A stretch of 56,105 nt of DNA from Candidatus Curtissbacteria bacterium RIFCSPLOWO2_12_FULL_41_16 (GTDB taxonomy: Bacteria; Patescibacteriota; Microgenomatia; Curtissbacterales; GWA2-41-24). The notes below the pieces were generated by a model that saw only the letters and a program-made list of their open reading frames with translations, did not search any database and was not told the DNA's origin. The stretch spans positions 1 through 56,105 of the forward strand of contig MFBZ01000002.1 in NCBI GenBank assembly GCA_001776545.1. The letters run 5' to 3'. Position numbers and translations under genes: made by a program. Positions within the stretch are counted from its first letter, which is position 1, and each line of letters begins with the position of its first letter. This document shows, in pieces, positions 44,501-53,294 of this stretch.

Positions 44501-45505
44501 ATGCGAATTCTTGTGACCGGCGGCGCCGGATTCATTGGCACGAATCTTGTTAGAAGCCTTTTAGAACAAGGTCACGAAGTTATCGTACTCGATAATCTGA
44601 TTACCGGTCACGTCAAAAACGTCCTTCCTTTTATTGCCAATCCGAGGTTTACTTTTATTGAAAAAGATATTATCAATCCTTTTGTCTCTGCCAAAAATGA
44701 AATCCTCACCGTTGACCAAATTTATCACCTTGCTTGCCCGACAGGTGTTAACAATCTTGGGTCACTTGCCGAGGAGATGCTTTTAACCTGCGCGATCGGC
44801 ACTAAAAATGTTCTTGAACTTGCGAAGGTCCATAAGACTCGTTTTCTATTTACCTCCTCATCCGAAGTTTATGGAGATCCGGAAGTTTCGCCTCAAAAAG
44901 AAGAGTACACTGGAAATGTTGACCCGACTGGTTTCAGAAGTCCATACGAGGAGGGCAAGAGGTTCGCCGAAAGTCTGATAATATCTTATGTGCGAAAATA
45001 CAATCTCGATGCCACAATCGTCCGCGTTTTCAATACCTATGGACCACAAATGTCCCCGAAGGACACTCGTGTTATTCCCCGACTCTTGCGCCTGGCTTTA
45101 ACTAAAAAGCCATTAACCATTCATGGAAAAGGTCTTCAGAGAAGAACTTTCTGTTATGTCGACGATTTTGTTAAGGGTTTAATTTTGGTAATGGGAAAAG
45201 GCAAAAAGGGTCAAGTGTATAACTTAGGATCTGAATCGGAATTTTCTATTATCGAACTTGCTCAAATAATTTTAGAAATGACCAAAACAAAAAGCACCTT
45301 TAAATTTACAAAGCGCCCCGCCCATGACCACCAAATGCGTCTTCCGGCATTAGAAAAGATTAAAAAATTAGGCTGGCGTCCCAAGACTTCTCTTAAGGAG
45401 GGCCTTAAAAAAACTATCAATTTACAGACGGAATCTGCAAGTCTTGTTCACAAAGACTCGATGGGCAAAAAGGAGGAAAAATGGCAGCAATACCCGGCTT
45501 TTTAG
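44501..45505 (+). CDS. UDP-glucuronate decarboxylase (UDP-xylose synthase-like SDR)
   Basis: 334 aa with GGAGFIGTN, YHLACP, SSSEVYGDPEVSPQKEEY, YEEGKRFAE. Confidence 0.82.
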   Translation: MRILVTGGAGFIGTNLVRSLLEQGHEVIVLDNLITGHVKNVLPFIANPRFTFIEKDIINPFVSAKNEILTVDQIYHLACPTGVNNLGSLAEEMLLTCAIGTKNVLELAKVHKTRFLFTSSSEVYGDPEVSPQKEEYTGNVDPTGFRSPYEEGKRFAESLIISYVRKYNLDATIVRVFNTYGPQMSPKDTRVIPRLLRLALTKKPLTIHGKGLQRRTFCYVDDFVKGLILVMGKGKKGQVYNLGSESEFSIIELAQIILEMTKTKSTFKFTKRPAHDHQMRLPALEKIKKLGWRPKTSLKEGLKKTINLQTESASLVHKDSMGKKEEKWQQYPAF

Positions 45506-46734
45506 GAATTCCAGGAATCAATGTTACATTCTGGAGTACTATCGGAGCCTTAAGATTTTTACAGGAAAAAATTTTGCACCACGAAAAGCAGACTAGATCT
45601 GAAAAAAACCTGACACGTTGGATGAAAAAAAATGTTGTTGCCGTTGCGATCGCCGCCCGAAACGAAGAACATGCCTTGCCTAGAACACTTAGATCTCTAA
45701 AAAATCAAGTAAGACCAAGAAACATCTTTGTGGCTTCCGATGGTTCACGAGATAACACCGCAAAAGTGGCCAGAAGGTTTCGGGTGAACGTTACGGAGCT
45801 TTATCCGAACCGAGGCAAAGCAGGCGCTTTGGTCAGCTTAATTGAAAAATTTAAACTTTTAGATAAGTATCTTTTTATTCTTTTTGTCGATGCCGACACT
45901 CATATTAATCGCAATTATCTTGTCGAAGCCATACCATTTTTTGCCGATCCTGATGTAGTCGCTGTTGCCGGTCACGGTAAAACTGCCTGGAGAAAACATC
46001 CTTATCCTTGCTGGAAAATGTTTTTTGCTTCTTACCGGGATCGTCTCTACAATTTTTTACAATACACAATTCGCTGGGGTCAAACATCCAAATGGTTAAA
46101 CGTTTCTCCAATTATTCCGGGCTTTGCTTCAATCTACAGAACATCAGCTCTTAAAAAAATCGACATCGCCACACCCGGATTGGTTATCGAAGATTTCAAC
46201 ATGACTTTTCAAATTCATCACAAAAAATTAGGTAAAATTGCCTATCATCCGAAAGCTTATGGCATTGCCCGCGACCCGACAAACTTTAGAGATTATGCAA
46301 ACCAAGTAAAAAGATGGAATCTGGGCTTCTGGCAAACCGTTATTAAACACGGTATTTGGCCAAGTATCTTCTCGCTTACTTTAGTTACTTTTGTCAGCGA
46401 GTCTCTTTTGACTGCCTTTGTCTTTTCTTTGTTTCCGTTTATTTTTGTAATTTTACTGGTTAAATATTTTGGCCAGTTTTTCCCCGAGCAAGTCACTCAA
46501 CTTGCTTTATCAGTCGGATCATATGTCACCTTGCTAGAAATTTTTGCCGTGTTCTTTATAGCCGATTATTTGATTACTTTTATTGTTGCCGTTTTTACCA
46601 GACGACCTCAACATTTATTTTACGGCCTGGGTTTCCCGTTTCTGCGTTTTGTTGATGCTATACTGATCCTTTGGAGTTTACCTTTGGCTTTTATTACCAA
46701 ATCCAAAGGCTCCTGGGTAAGCCCAAAACGCTAA
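45481..46734 (+). CDS. processive family 2 glycosyltransferase (PgaC/NodC/cellulose-synthase-like) with C-terminal TM bundle
   Basis: 417 aa with ASDGSRDNT, FVDADT, VIEDFNMT and the Q-x-x-R-W motif QVKRW, followed by at least 4 TM segments. Confidence 0.8.
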   Translation: MAAIPGFLGIPGINVTFWSTIGALRFLQEKILHHEKQTRSEKNLTRWMKKNVVAVAIAARNEEHALPRTLRSLKNQVRPRNIFVASDGSRDNTAKVARRFRVNVTELYPNRGKAGALVSLIEKFKLLDKYLFILFVDADTHINRNYLVEAIPFFADPDVVAVAGHGKTAWRKHPYPCWKMFFASYRDRLYNFLQYTIRWGQTSKWLNVSPIIPGFASIYRTSALKKIDIATPGLVIEDFNMTFQIHHKKLGKIAYHPKAYGIARDPTNFRDYANQVKRWNLGFWQTVIKHGIWPSIFSLTLVTFVSESLLTAFVFSLFPFIFVILLVKYFGQFFPEQVTQLALSVGSYVTLLEIFAVFFIADYLITFIVAVFTRRPQHLFYGLGFPFLRFVDAILILWSLPLAFITKSKGSWVSPKR

Positions 46735-46882
46735 ATGCCCAAAGATATGCCTTCTTGCTTTACTTGGTGGCGTTATTGCTGTTGAGTATGAAGCCAAAAT
46801 TGCAAAACTAATGGAAAAAGTTCTGCAATTTCTAGATCCCAGCAGCCCATAGGAGAGTTGCACCATCAGTCATAGACTTTGT

Positions 46883-47968
46883 TTACTTTCCAAGCTCTTC
46901 CCAGATTTTGGGATCCTCAGCGCCAATTCGCCAAATTGCAAATTTATCAGTGCCAAATTCATTCATGGCAATAAGCATTTTCTCGGTGATTGCTCTGGCA
47001 TTCTCAAACCAGATTTCTCGATCCTGGCCGTCTTTTTGATAACGATAAATGGCGGAGGATACTTTTTCGTCAAATTTTACAGACGGTGTTGCTTCGCCAA
47101 TTCGTGCTTGGATTTGGCCGAAGGTTAATGGTTCACCTTTCTTATTATCCCAGTCGTAGCCGTGTGTCGAAAGGCCAATAACAATTTTTTCGCCAGGAAT
47201 ATTTTTTACAGCATAGTTCAAAACCTGCCGCATCCAGGTCAAGGGCGCTTGGCCTCCCGGGCCGGTTTCGTCATCGTGTGCACCATACATCATGATTCGT
47301 ACCTCGTCGCTCACTTTACCCAGAGCTCTATAGTCTTGAGCCAAAGCCGATGGATTATCGTCATTGCCTACTCTGGCGAAAACAGTGACAGAAAACTTAA
47401 GATTATTTTCGTGTAAGGCCTCAGCTGTCTCTTCTACAAATTCCGAGAAAGCTTGCCTGTCTTTCGTTTTTAATGACTCTATATCGATATCCCAACCGAT
47501 AAAGCCTTCCTTTTTAGCTTCTTCAATCAGAGATTCAATAAATTTTTCTTGAATTTTGCCATCGTAAAGAAGTAGCGAAACCCTCTCAAAATCGAAGTCA
47601 TCGCCGATTTGCGGCATAATTGCTATATTTTTATTTTTAGCATTTTGTAAAAATTCTTTTTTGTAAAGCACTCTGTATTTTTCTAAGGATCCATCCGTTT
47701 CGATTCGGTATAAAACGGGTGTAAAAACACTCATTCTCTCGATAGATCTGGGAAGTGCCTCAAGAGTATTTTTTTCATCCCAATAGGCCGTCCAGCCGAT
47801 TATTTTGGCATCTTTTAGGGTCTTTTGGGGTTGTGTTTCCCCTATTGATGTGTTAGTTTCCGATTTCAATCCGGAAAAAATGTTTTGTTTGTAAAACACC
47901 AGCAATACGGCACCTATTAATAAAAGTAACAAAATTTTTTTTTGCGTATTCATCTTTTTAGTTGCCAA
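46883..47968 (-). CDS. GH18-like glycoside hydrolase, membrane-anchored/secreted
   Basis: 361 aa. GFIGWDIDIE matches the GH18 DxxDxDxE block. TTG start at 47968 is preceded by GGGGAGG at 7-nt spacing. An alternative ATG at 47953 makes an ATGA overlap with the upstream gene. Confidence 0.7.
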   Translation of the reverse strand: MATKKMNTQKKILLLLLIGAVLLVFYKQNIFSGLKSETNTSIGETQPQKTLKDAKIIGWTAYWDEKNTLEALPRSIERMSVFTPVLYRIETDGSLEKYRVLYKKEFLQNAKNKNIAIMPQIGDDFDFERVSLLLYDGKIQEKFIESLIEEAKKEGFIGWDIDIESLKTKDRQAFSEFVEETAEALHENNLKFSVTVFARVGNDDNPSALAQDYRALGKVSDEVRIMMYGAHDDETGPGGQAPLTWMRQVLNYAVKNIPGEKIVIGLSTHGYDWDNKKGEPLTFGQIQARIGEATPSVKFDEKVSSAIYRYQKDGQDREIWFENARAITEKMLIAMNEFGTDKFAIWRIGAEDPKIWEELGK

Positions 47969-49368
47969 ATTCTAACCTCCCCATCATCAAAGAACAAAAA
48001 ATATTTTTCACTAAGAGCCTTTTCGATTGCTAAAATTGAATCGAGAGAGAAACTGGTACCATCGAGTTCAACAAAATTAAAATATTCGTCGTCAATTGCC
48101 GCAAGGTAAGCAGGTAATCCTTCTTTGTCTTTAAAAGAAAAAACAAAAGGCCCCATGATTTGGTCAGATTTTATCTTATTATAGAAAGCCAAAGTTACCA
48201 CATCACCAGCTTCGGCCAGGATTTTATCATTTGGTGTGACTTCGGCTTTTAAGGCCCATACGGCTTTGTCGGTGTTGGGCCAGAAACTTTCTAATTCTCG
48301 AACTTTGGATGCTGAATAAAACAAATTGAAAGCAATTGCTGCTCCCGCAAGAAGAATTCCGGCTTTAGGATTTTTTTGGATGATTGTAGAAAAGAAAATG
48401 CCGACTAGGGGTAAAATGAAAATTAATGAAAGAAAACTATGTTGGGCCACAGACAGGCCCTCTCTTGCAACAAGATGGGCAATTAAAGGCAAAACGGATG
48501 CGACCGCCAAAAGAATGGTTAAGGCCCCTTTTTTCTTTTGCCAAAGCACAATTACGCCTCCCAAAGAAAACAGATAGGAGATCCACAAGTATTTCCAAAA
48601 ATTCTCCAAAATTGCCGAAAATGAAGCCATTTCTTTTAATGTTTGGCCCAAGGTAAAGTCAACTAAACTAGAAAAATTTATAATTAAATAAAACATACTT
48701 AAAAAAATCAAAGGCAACCAAAAATATTTGAGGATTGTAATCGTTGCGGCCCTCTCCTCTCTCTTTAAGTTAAGATAAATGGGTAATGCCAGTAAGAATG
48801 GGAAAAAGATTGCCACGATATATTTTGCTAAAAAAGCAAAAAATAAAGCTATTGCCGAAGATAGATATCGGAATCTATTGCCTTCTTGGAGAGCCTTTTG
48901 AAAGATTACTATCGCCATCAGAAAAATGGTAAAAGAAAGCATGTCATAAATTGCCAGCCTACTTAAGGCAATCGGAATTGCTGTGGTTGCCGCAAAAGTA
49001 GCTGCGATGAAACTAGTTATTCTGTTTGGCGCCTCTTCTTTTAAAAGATGAAGTTGGTTTGTGAATTTGTAAATCAGAAAAACGGCTGCTGTTCCCAAAA
49101 ATACGTTGAAAATTCTTGATCCCAAAATTCCTCCAATTTGGTAAAAAATTGCCGAAAGTAGCGGATAGAAAAAAGGCAAACCGCCAACCCAAGAAATAGA
49201 GTCGGCTACCTCACGGAATTGTCCCTCAAGAATTTTTTTCCCAAAAACTACGTAAATTGCTTCATCAAGAAAAGGCGAATTGTAATCAATATTGATAATT
49301 CTTACTACAAAGGCATAGAGAATAATCAAAGGAAGAATTAATGGAGAAAAATTGTTTTTAAATAACAT
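47950..49368 (-). CDS. polytopic GT-C fold glycosyltransferase (ArnT/PMT-like)
   Basis: 472 aa with more than 10 TM segments. The first-loop motif YNSPFLDEAIYVVFG is typical of the ArnT/GT39/GT83 type. Confidence 0.65.
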   Translation of the reverse strand: MLFKNNFSPLILPLIILYAFVVRIINIDYNSPFLDEAIYVVFGKKILEGQFREVADSISWVGGLPFFYPLLSAIFYQIGGILGSRIFNVFLGTAAVFLIYKFTNQLHLLKEEAPNRITSFIAATFAATTAIPIALSRLAIYDMLSFTIFLMAIVIFQKALQEGNRFRYLSSAIALFFAFLAKYIVAIFFPFLLALPIYLNLKREERAATITILKYFWLPLIFLSMFYLIINFSSLVDFTLGQTLKEMASFSAILENFWKYLWISYLFSLGGVIVLWQKKKGALTILLAVASVLPLIAHLVAREGLSVAQHSFLSLIFILPLVGIFFSTIIQKNPKAGILLAGAAIAFNLFYSASKVRELESFWPNTDKAVWALKAEVTPNDKILAEAGDVVTLAFYNKIKSDQIMGPFVFSFKDKEGLPAYLAAIDDEYFNFVELDGTSFSLDSILAIEKALSEKYFLFFDDGEVRIWQLKR

Positions 49369-50011
49369 TTAAAACCCAATCTTTTCCTTCATGGAGTAAA
49401 TAATGAACTGTTGAATAAGGATACATAGCGGTTAAATTTTTCTTGACATAAATATGCTTGATATTATTCTTTTCAATTTCCTTTAATCTTTCCTTGTTTA
49501 GATAATCTTTCGCGCCGACTCCGGAAAGATAAGTATCTGCCCCGTGTTTCTTACAGATATTTATCAAAAGTTCGTGTTTATTTCCAGTGACATCTTCATC
49601 TAAAACCACGGGGGTTTTAATTTCTAAAATACCGCGCAATGTTAAAATTGCTGCTAAATTTAAATCAACCAGTCTTTCCCAAGGACTCTCATAAATTTTA
49701 GTAAGCTCACCCATATATTCGTGGCCCTTACCCTTGGAATAAATAATTTCCAGTGATCGACGGTGCTTTTTTCGCCAATTAATCTGATTATTAATCTTTA
49801 CATCTTTTATTTTCTGGTTTTGAGATCCCACTACTGGCACTGTTAACCAAATATCGCCATTGGGCCCTTTAATTTTGTGTCTTTGTTGCCAGCCTTCCTG
49901 CTTTTCAAACTGCAGATTCGTAATAACCACAAACTTGTCTGCCTGCTTCATTTTAGAAAAGAAAGCTAAATTGGGTAAAAAATTAGGTTGGTGAGCCGCA
50001 ATTATACTCAT
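49358..50011 (-). CDS. WbqC-family protein
   Basis: 217 aa. The N-terminus IIAAHQPNFLPNLAFFSKMKQADKFVVITNLQFEKQEGWQQRHKIK matches the WbqC signature. Confidence 0.75.
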   Translation of the reverse strand: MSIIAAHQPNFLPNLAFFSKMKQADKFVVITNLQFEKQEGWQQRHKIKGPNGDIWLTVPVVGSQNQKIKDVKINNQINWRKKHRRSLEIIYSKGKGHEYMGELTKIYESPWERLVDLNLAAILTLRGILEIKTPVVLDEDVTGNKHELLINICKKHGADTYLSGVGAKDYLNKERLKEIEKNNIKHIYVKKNLTAMYPYSTVHYLLHEGKDWVLNVI

Positions 50012-50736
50012 TTATCAGATATCACTCTCCAGGCTCCAAAAGCTTCGGCATAATCGCTTCCGCACATTGCGCCTGCCAAAACCACCAAGGACTCAATAAT
50101 TTTGGAAGATCTTAGACTAGGTGCTTCTCTTAGTTGTGACTTATATAACTCGAGAGCTTTGATTTTTGCATCTACCTGGGTTCTGTCTAAAGGCACAAAA
50201 AAATTATTTGCAGAACTATTCTCTAACGTCCACATATCTGCCGGTACTTTATAAGAAAGAACGGCCGAAACAAAATGTTTTAGGCCCGGTTTGTTGCCTG
50301 CCGGTGCTGGCCTTAATGCCGCATGGGCTGCCGCCGCCACAATCCTATGATCTTGGTTATAAGAAGCAGGGGAGGGAAAGGTTACAACTGTAGGTTTTAC
50401 TTTCTCAATCGAAACTTTGCTATTTCTTTCAATCACATCCATCAATACTTTCTGTCCTAAAGTATCAAGCTTTAAATGATAGTCATTTCCTTTAAACTCC
50501 ACGCTATAATCGTCAAATTTTAAAAACTTCGCCACAACTTCAACTTCTTTCAATCTTTGGTCGCCAGTAGATAAACCTTCTTTGGTAAAATCTCTTGTAT
50601 CTCCGACCGTTAAAAAAAGCACATAAACCTTACCGCCAGCATCTTTAATTTTTTTGATCAGCCCACCACAACCAATAACTTCATCGTCTGGGTGTGGAGC
50701 AAGAACCAATAGCCTTTGTTTTTTTAATTCAAACAT
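50008..50736 (-). CDS. PIG-L/LmbE-family N-acetylglucosaminyl deacetylase
   Basis: 242 aa with LVLAPHPDDEVIGCGG and a downstream HxDH-type block (NQDHR). Confidence 0.85.
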   Translation of the reverse strand: MFELKKQRLLVLAPHPDDEVIGCGGLIKKIKDAGGKVYVLFLTVGDTRDFTKEGLSTGDQRLKEVEVVAKFLKFDDYSVEFKGNDYHLKLDTLGQKVLMDVIERNSKVSIEKVKPTVVTFPSPASYNQDHRIVAAAAHAALRPAPAGNKPGLKHFVSAVLSYKVPADMWTLENSSANNFFVPLDRTQVDAKIKALELYKSQLREAPSLRSSKIIESLVVLAGAMCGSDYAEAFGAWRVISDK

Positions 50737-50790
50737 CTTGTGAAAGGCAAAAATAACACTTTATGGGATAAATTTCAACCTGAATCACTT

Positions 50791-50848
50791 TTGATCTATT
50801 TTCACACACTTTGTCCGTCTTGACCTCCAAGATATAAACCCTTAAAAT
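50791..50848 (+). promoter_or_regulatory. promoter (TTGACC-17-TAAAAT) with conserved upstream box
   Basis: Hexamers at 50820-50825 and 50843-50848. The box TTGATCTATTTTCACACACTTTGTCCGTC is shared with 53371-53400. Confidence 0.55.
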
Positions 50849-50903
50849 TTTTCACAACAGATAATTCATACCTGCCTATGAAAATTCCCTGCCTGGCCAT
50901 CCA

Positions 50904-50952
50904 CATCCTTTATCCCTCATCCTTCATAATTCAGACTTCATACTTCATAATC
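50904..50952 (+). repeat. period-7 pyrimidine-rich repeat in the 5' UTR of the 50977 gene
   Basis: CATCCTT TATCCCT CATCCTT CATAATT CAGACTT CATACTT CATAATC in one register, directly upstream of the SD AAGGAAGGAGGTG. Confidence 0.8.
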
Positions 50953-50976
50953 CTAAGGAAGGAGGTGAACTCAATA

Positions 50977-51321
50977 ATGAAAAGATTGTTAACCAGAGTT
51001 GGCGTCGGGGTTACCGCAGCTTCAATGTTTGCGGCAGCTTTTGCTCCGGCCGCCGCTTTTGCTAATGGTGGTGGTAACAGTTGCGAGATTAAAAACAACG
51101 GTGCCTTTTCCCGCAACCGCTGCCGGATTACCGAAATAAATGTCCAGGTAACCAGACAGAACAACCGGGCCAGCATTTGGAACGGCGTTTTGGTGATTGC
51201 CAATACCGGCGGAAATGAGGCCAACGGAAATACCGGCGGCAATGTCGACGTCGACAGTGGCAATGCCACGGTTAATGTCAGAATTACCAATACCGTTAAT
51301 CAAGACAATACTGCTAATTAG
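50977..51321 (+). CDS. small secreted single-module Asn/Gly-rich protein
   Basis: 114 aa from ATG 50977, with SD GGAGGTG 8 nt upstream. Signal peptide ending AFA. Module ...VLVIANTGGNEANGNTGGNVDVDSGNATVNVRITN. The ORF-track start 50878 is rejected. Confidence 0.7.
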   Translation: MKRLLTRVGVGVTAASMFAAAFAPAAAFANGGGNSCEIKNNGAFSRNRCRITEINVQVTRQNNRASIWNGVLVIANTGGNEANGNTGGNVDVDSGNATVNVRITNTVNQDNTAN

Positions 51322-51333
51322 TATCGTCTTTCC

Positions 51334-51383
51334 AAAAAAAAGCCCTGCTCTCGGAATCTATTTCTTAAGGCCGGGCTTTTTTT
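51334..51383 (+). terminator. possible bidirectional terminator (A-run, AGCCC...GGGCT, T-run)
   Basis: AAAAAAAAGCCC ... GGGCTTTTTTT. The loop is large (about 27 nt), so this is a weak call. Confidence 0.35.
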
Positions 51384-51499
51384 AAAGAAAATTTCTTAAA
51401 CTTATCACTGATTACGTTTTAGACGTCGATCGTAGCATAAAACGTTATGTGTTGCTCCGAAGTAGAGATTTAAGTGTGTACGAATACCGCGGGGCTTTT

Positions 51500-52225
51500 T
51501 TATGGTGTCGGCGAAATCTCAGGTGAGGAAAAAGGGGAAGGCGACAAACTTGCCGAGGGAGTTGCCGAACCCGTTGCTATCCGCTCCAAAAGCCCGATTG
51601 CGCGGCCGCCAATCACATGAACCTTCTTGGCAATTAAATTATCACCAGACCAGTTACCAACAGCCGTCACCCGGTCTCCAGCTTTGATATTGCCAATGGT
51701 TGCCGCTTCCAGACCTTTTATTTTGATGATTGTCCCCTCAACCACCTCAACATTGTATCTCGGGTTATCCTTGATCGGATGTGAAACAACCAGTATATTG
51801 CCGTTAATCTCCCGTACTAGTCCATAAACAGCCCTTCTTCTTGTTTCAGGCTTTGCTGACTCGGTTGCCGATTTAGGCTTGACCAAGATCAAATTGGCCG
51901 AGCCGGTGGCATTTGGGTTGGCAAATGTCGCGATGCGGTCGTCTTTCTTAAGTTGAAAAGGAGTCAGTTTTTTCCCGCTTGGCTTCTCGATAATAGAAGT
52001 ACCCTGACCGGTTTTAACTTCTATTTTTTTACCCTTGTGTTCTATCTCGACCTTCCCCGGCTTAACATCATTTACTCTTCCTACATCGACATCAACCTCA
52101 TGCTTTTTTGTCTGTCCGGAGGCCGTATCCTTTACGCCTAAAACTTGCGTATAGGCCAAAGCGATAGATGGTGTAATCAAAACTGTTAAAGTAATTAAAA
52201 CGATAGCAAAAACTTTATCCTTCAT
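51500..52225 (-). CDS. secreted protein with DUF5666-like beta domains
   Basis: 241 aa with a signal peptide. Repeated G.V..v.g..l.v...-type segments ([15 protein letters not shown]...[23 protein letters not shown]). Tentative family. Confidence 0.5.
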   Translation of the reverse strand: MKDKVFAIVLITLTVLITPSIALAYTQVLGVKDTASGQTKKHEVDVDVGRVNDVKPGKVEIEHKGKKIEVKTGQGTSIIEKPSGKKLTPFQLKKDDRIATFANPNATGSANLILVKPKSATESAKPETRRRAVYGLVREINGNILVVSHPIKDNPRYNVEVVEGTIIKIKGLEAATIGNIKAGDRVTAVGNWSGDNLIAKKVHVIGGRAIGLLERIATGSATPSASLSPSPFSSPEISPTP

Positions 52226-52231
52226 CCTTAT

Positions 52232-52371
52232 TACTTATCACTTATTACTTATCACTTATCACTTATCACTTCTCACTTATTACTTCTCACTTATCACTTC
52301 TCACTTATCACTTCTCACTTATCACTTCTCACTTATCACTTCTCACTTATCACTTCTCACTTATCACTTAT
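52232..52371. repeat. 20-unit heptanucleotide tandem array (YACTTMT; CACTTATCACTTCT 14-mers)
   Basis: The units were counted one by one. Units 9-18 strictly alternate CACTTAT/CACTTCT. The array runs from 7 nt upstream of the ATG at 52225 (minus strand) into the TAA stop at 52368-52370 of the upstream gene. Confidence 0.97.
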
Positions 52372-53126
52372 AGCTCTTCTTCCCTCACATAAACCACCGA
52401 CCTGGTTTCGCTTGTTTCCTCATTATTGTCCCCAAAAGCCGTGATCGTGATGTCATTCGGTCCCTCGTCCAAAGTCAAAGTCCCGGAAAAATCGCCATTA
52501 TCGTCACTCTCATATGTTTCTTCGCTGCTCTCGGTATAAGCAGTCACCATGCTATCGGGGCTTGTTTTGCCTTCGATCTGAATCTGCGCCGAAGTTGTCG
52601 CCATTTGATCTTGCGGAGCCGCTATAATAAGCGATGCTTTCGGGCGTTCAACTCTGGTGGTAATTTCTTCCGGCACCGCTTTATTTCTTTGGCTCCACCA
52701 CCAATAGCCGCCTCCGGCAACTGCAGCTATCAAAATAATGAATGCCAATACCACCCCTGCCACCTTTGTTTTAGACGAGCCTTGCCCTTGCGTGTTTTCA
52801 GTGGCAACAGGCGGCGCTTCGTCAACCGGTATTTTGCTGGCCAGTTCCCCAGCAGGCGCTGACGGGGCCGATTCGGTCTGAGACTCACGGTCGAAGGCTT
52901 GCACCGTATCGCCTGTTGCGATAACCGCCGATTGTCCTGAGGGTTCGTCCGAGGGAGTCGAACCGCTGGCCGTCGTGTTGGGTTCGGGTGTAATGGGTGG
53001 TGTATCCGGCTGAGTGGGGATTTCCTCTGCCGGCGGACTCAGTGGTGATTGCGGTAAAGTTGGCTCAGTTTTTGTGGAATCATCACCCATGTAGTTAGAA
53101 TACTTGAGGTGAAAGTTGATTGTCAA
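52368..53126 (-). CDS. Pro/Thr/Ser-rich protein with central TM helix and C-terminal beta domain
   Basis: 252 aa from TTG 53126, with an alternative ATG at 53090. [25 protein letters not shown]. No family recognised. Confidence 0.5.
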   Translation of the reverse strand: MTINFHLKYSNYMGDDSTKTEPTLPQSPLSPPAEEIPTQPDTPPITPEPNTTASGSTPSDEPSGQSAVIATGDTVQAFDRESQTESAPSAPAGELASKIPVDEAPPVATENTQGQGSSKTKVAGVVLAFIILIAAVAGGGYWWWSQRNKAVPEEITTRVERPKASLIIAAPQDQMATTSAQIQIEGKTSPDSMVTAYTESSEETYESDDNGDFSGTLTLDEGPNDITITAFGDNNEETSETRSVVYVREEEL

Positions 53127-53142
53127 TCGGGAGGAAAAGGTT

Positions 53143-53238
53143 TTGAGGGTCGGACCCTCAAAAAAACTATAGCGACTGATCTTTTAAAGGGTCCGACCCT
53201 GAGGAAAAGTTTCTTGGCCTTTAAAAAGGTCCGACCTT
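53143..53238. repeat. cluster of three REP-like hairpins (GGTC-S-GACC core)
   Basis: TTGAGGGTCGGACCCTCAA (53143-53161), AGGGTCCGACCCT (53188-53200) and AAGGTCCGACCTT (53226-53238). GAGGAAAAG is repeated at 53131 and 53201. Confidence 0.8.
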
Positions 53239-53294
53239 GAACAAAATTAGTTACTATTCTGAAAACCACGAGGTGAAATCAGTTGTGACTTTTT

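Noticed and set aside
47935-47943. A T9 homopolymer (A9 on the sense strand) near the 5' end of the GH18-like gene as a phase-variation switch.
   Set aside because: It encodes the Lys-rich n-region of a signal peptide (QKKI), which is common in AT-rich genomes. Nine bases is marginal for slippage and there is no supporting evidence in the sequence.
51400-51499. Inverted repeat ACGTTTTA-N16-TAAAACGT and GCGGGGCTTTTTT near the 3' end of the minus-strand gene, as a small RNA or terminator.
   Set aside because: The arms are short and AT-rich. The G/C segment lacks a convincing complementary arm, and the T-run is on the wrong strand for the adjacent minus-strand gene. This is not enough to call a feature.
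52232-52371. The repeat array could be a CRISPR array.
   Set aside because: The unit is only 7 bp (14 bp at most), there are no unique spacers, and no cas genes are in the window. It is a microsatellite-type tandem repeat.
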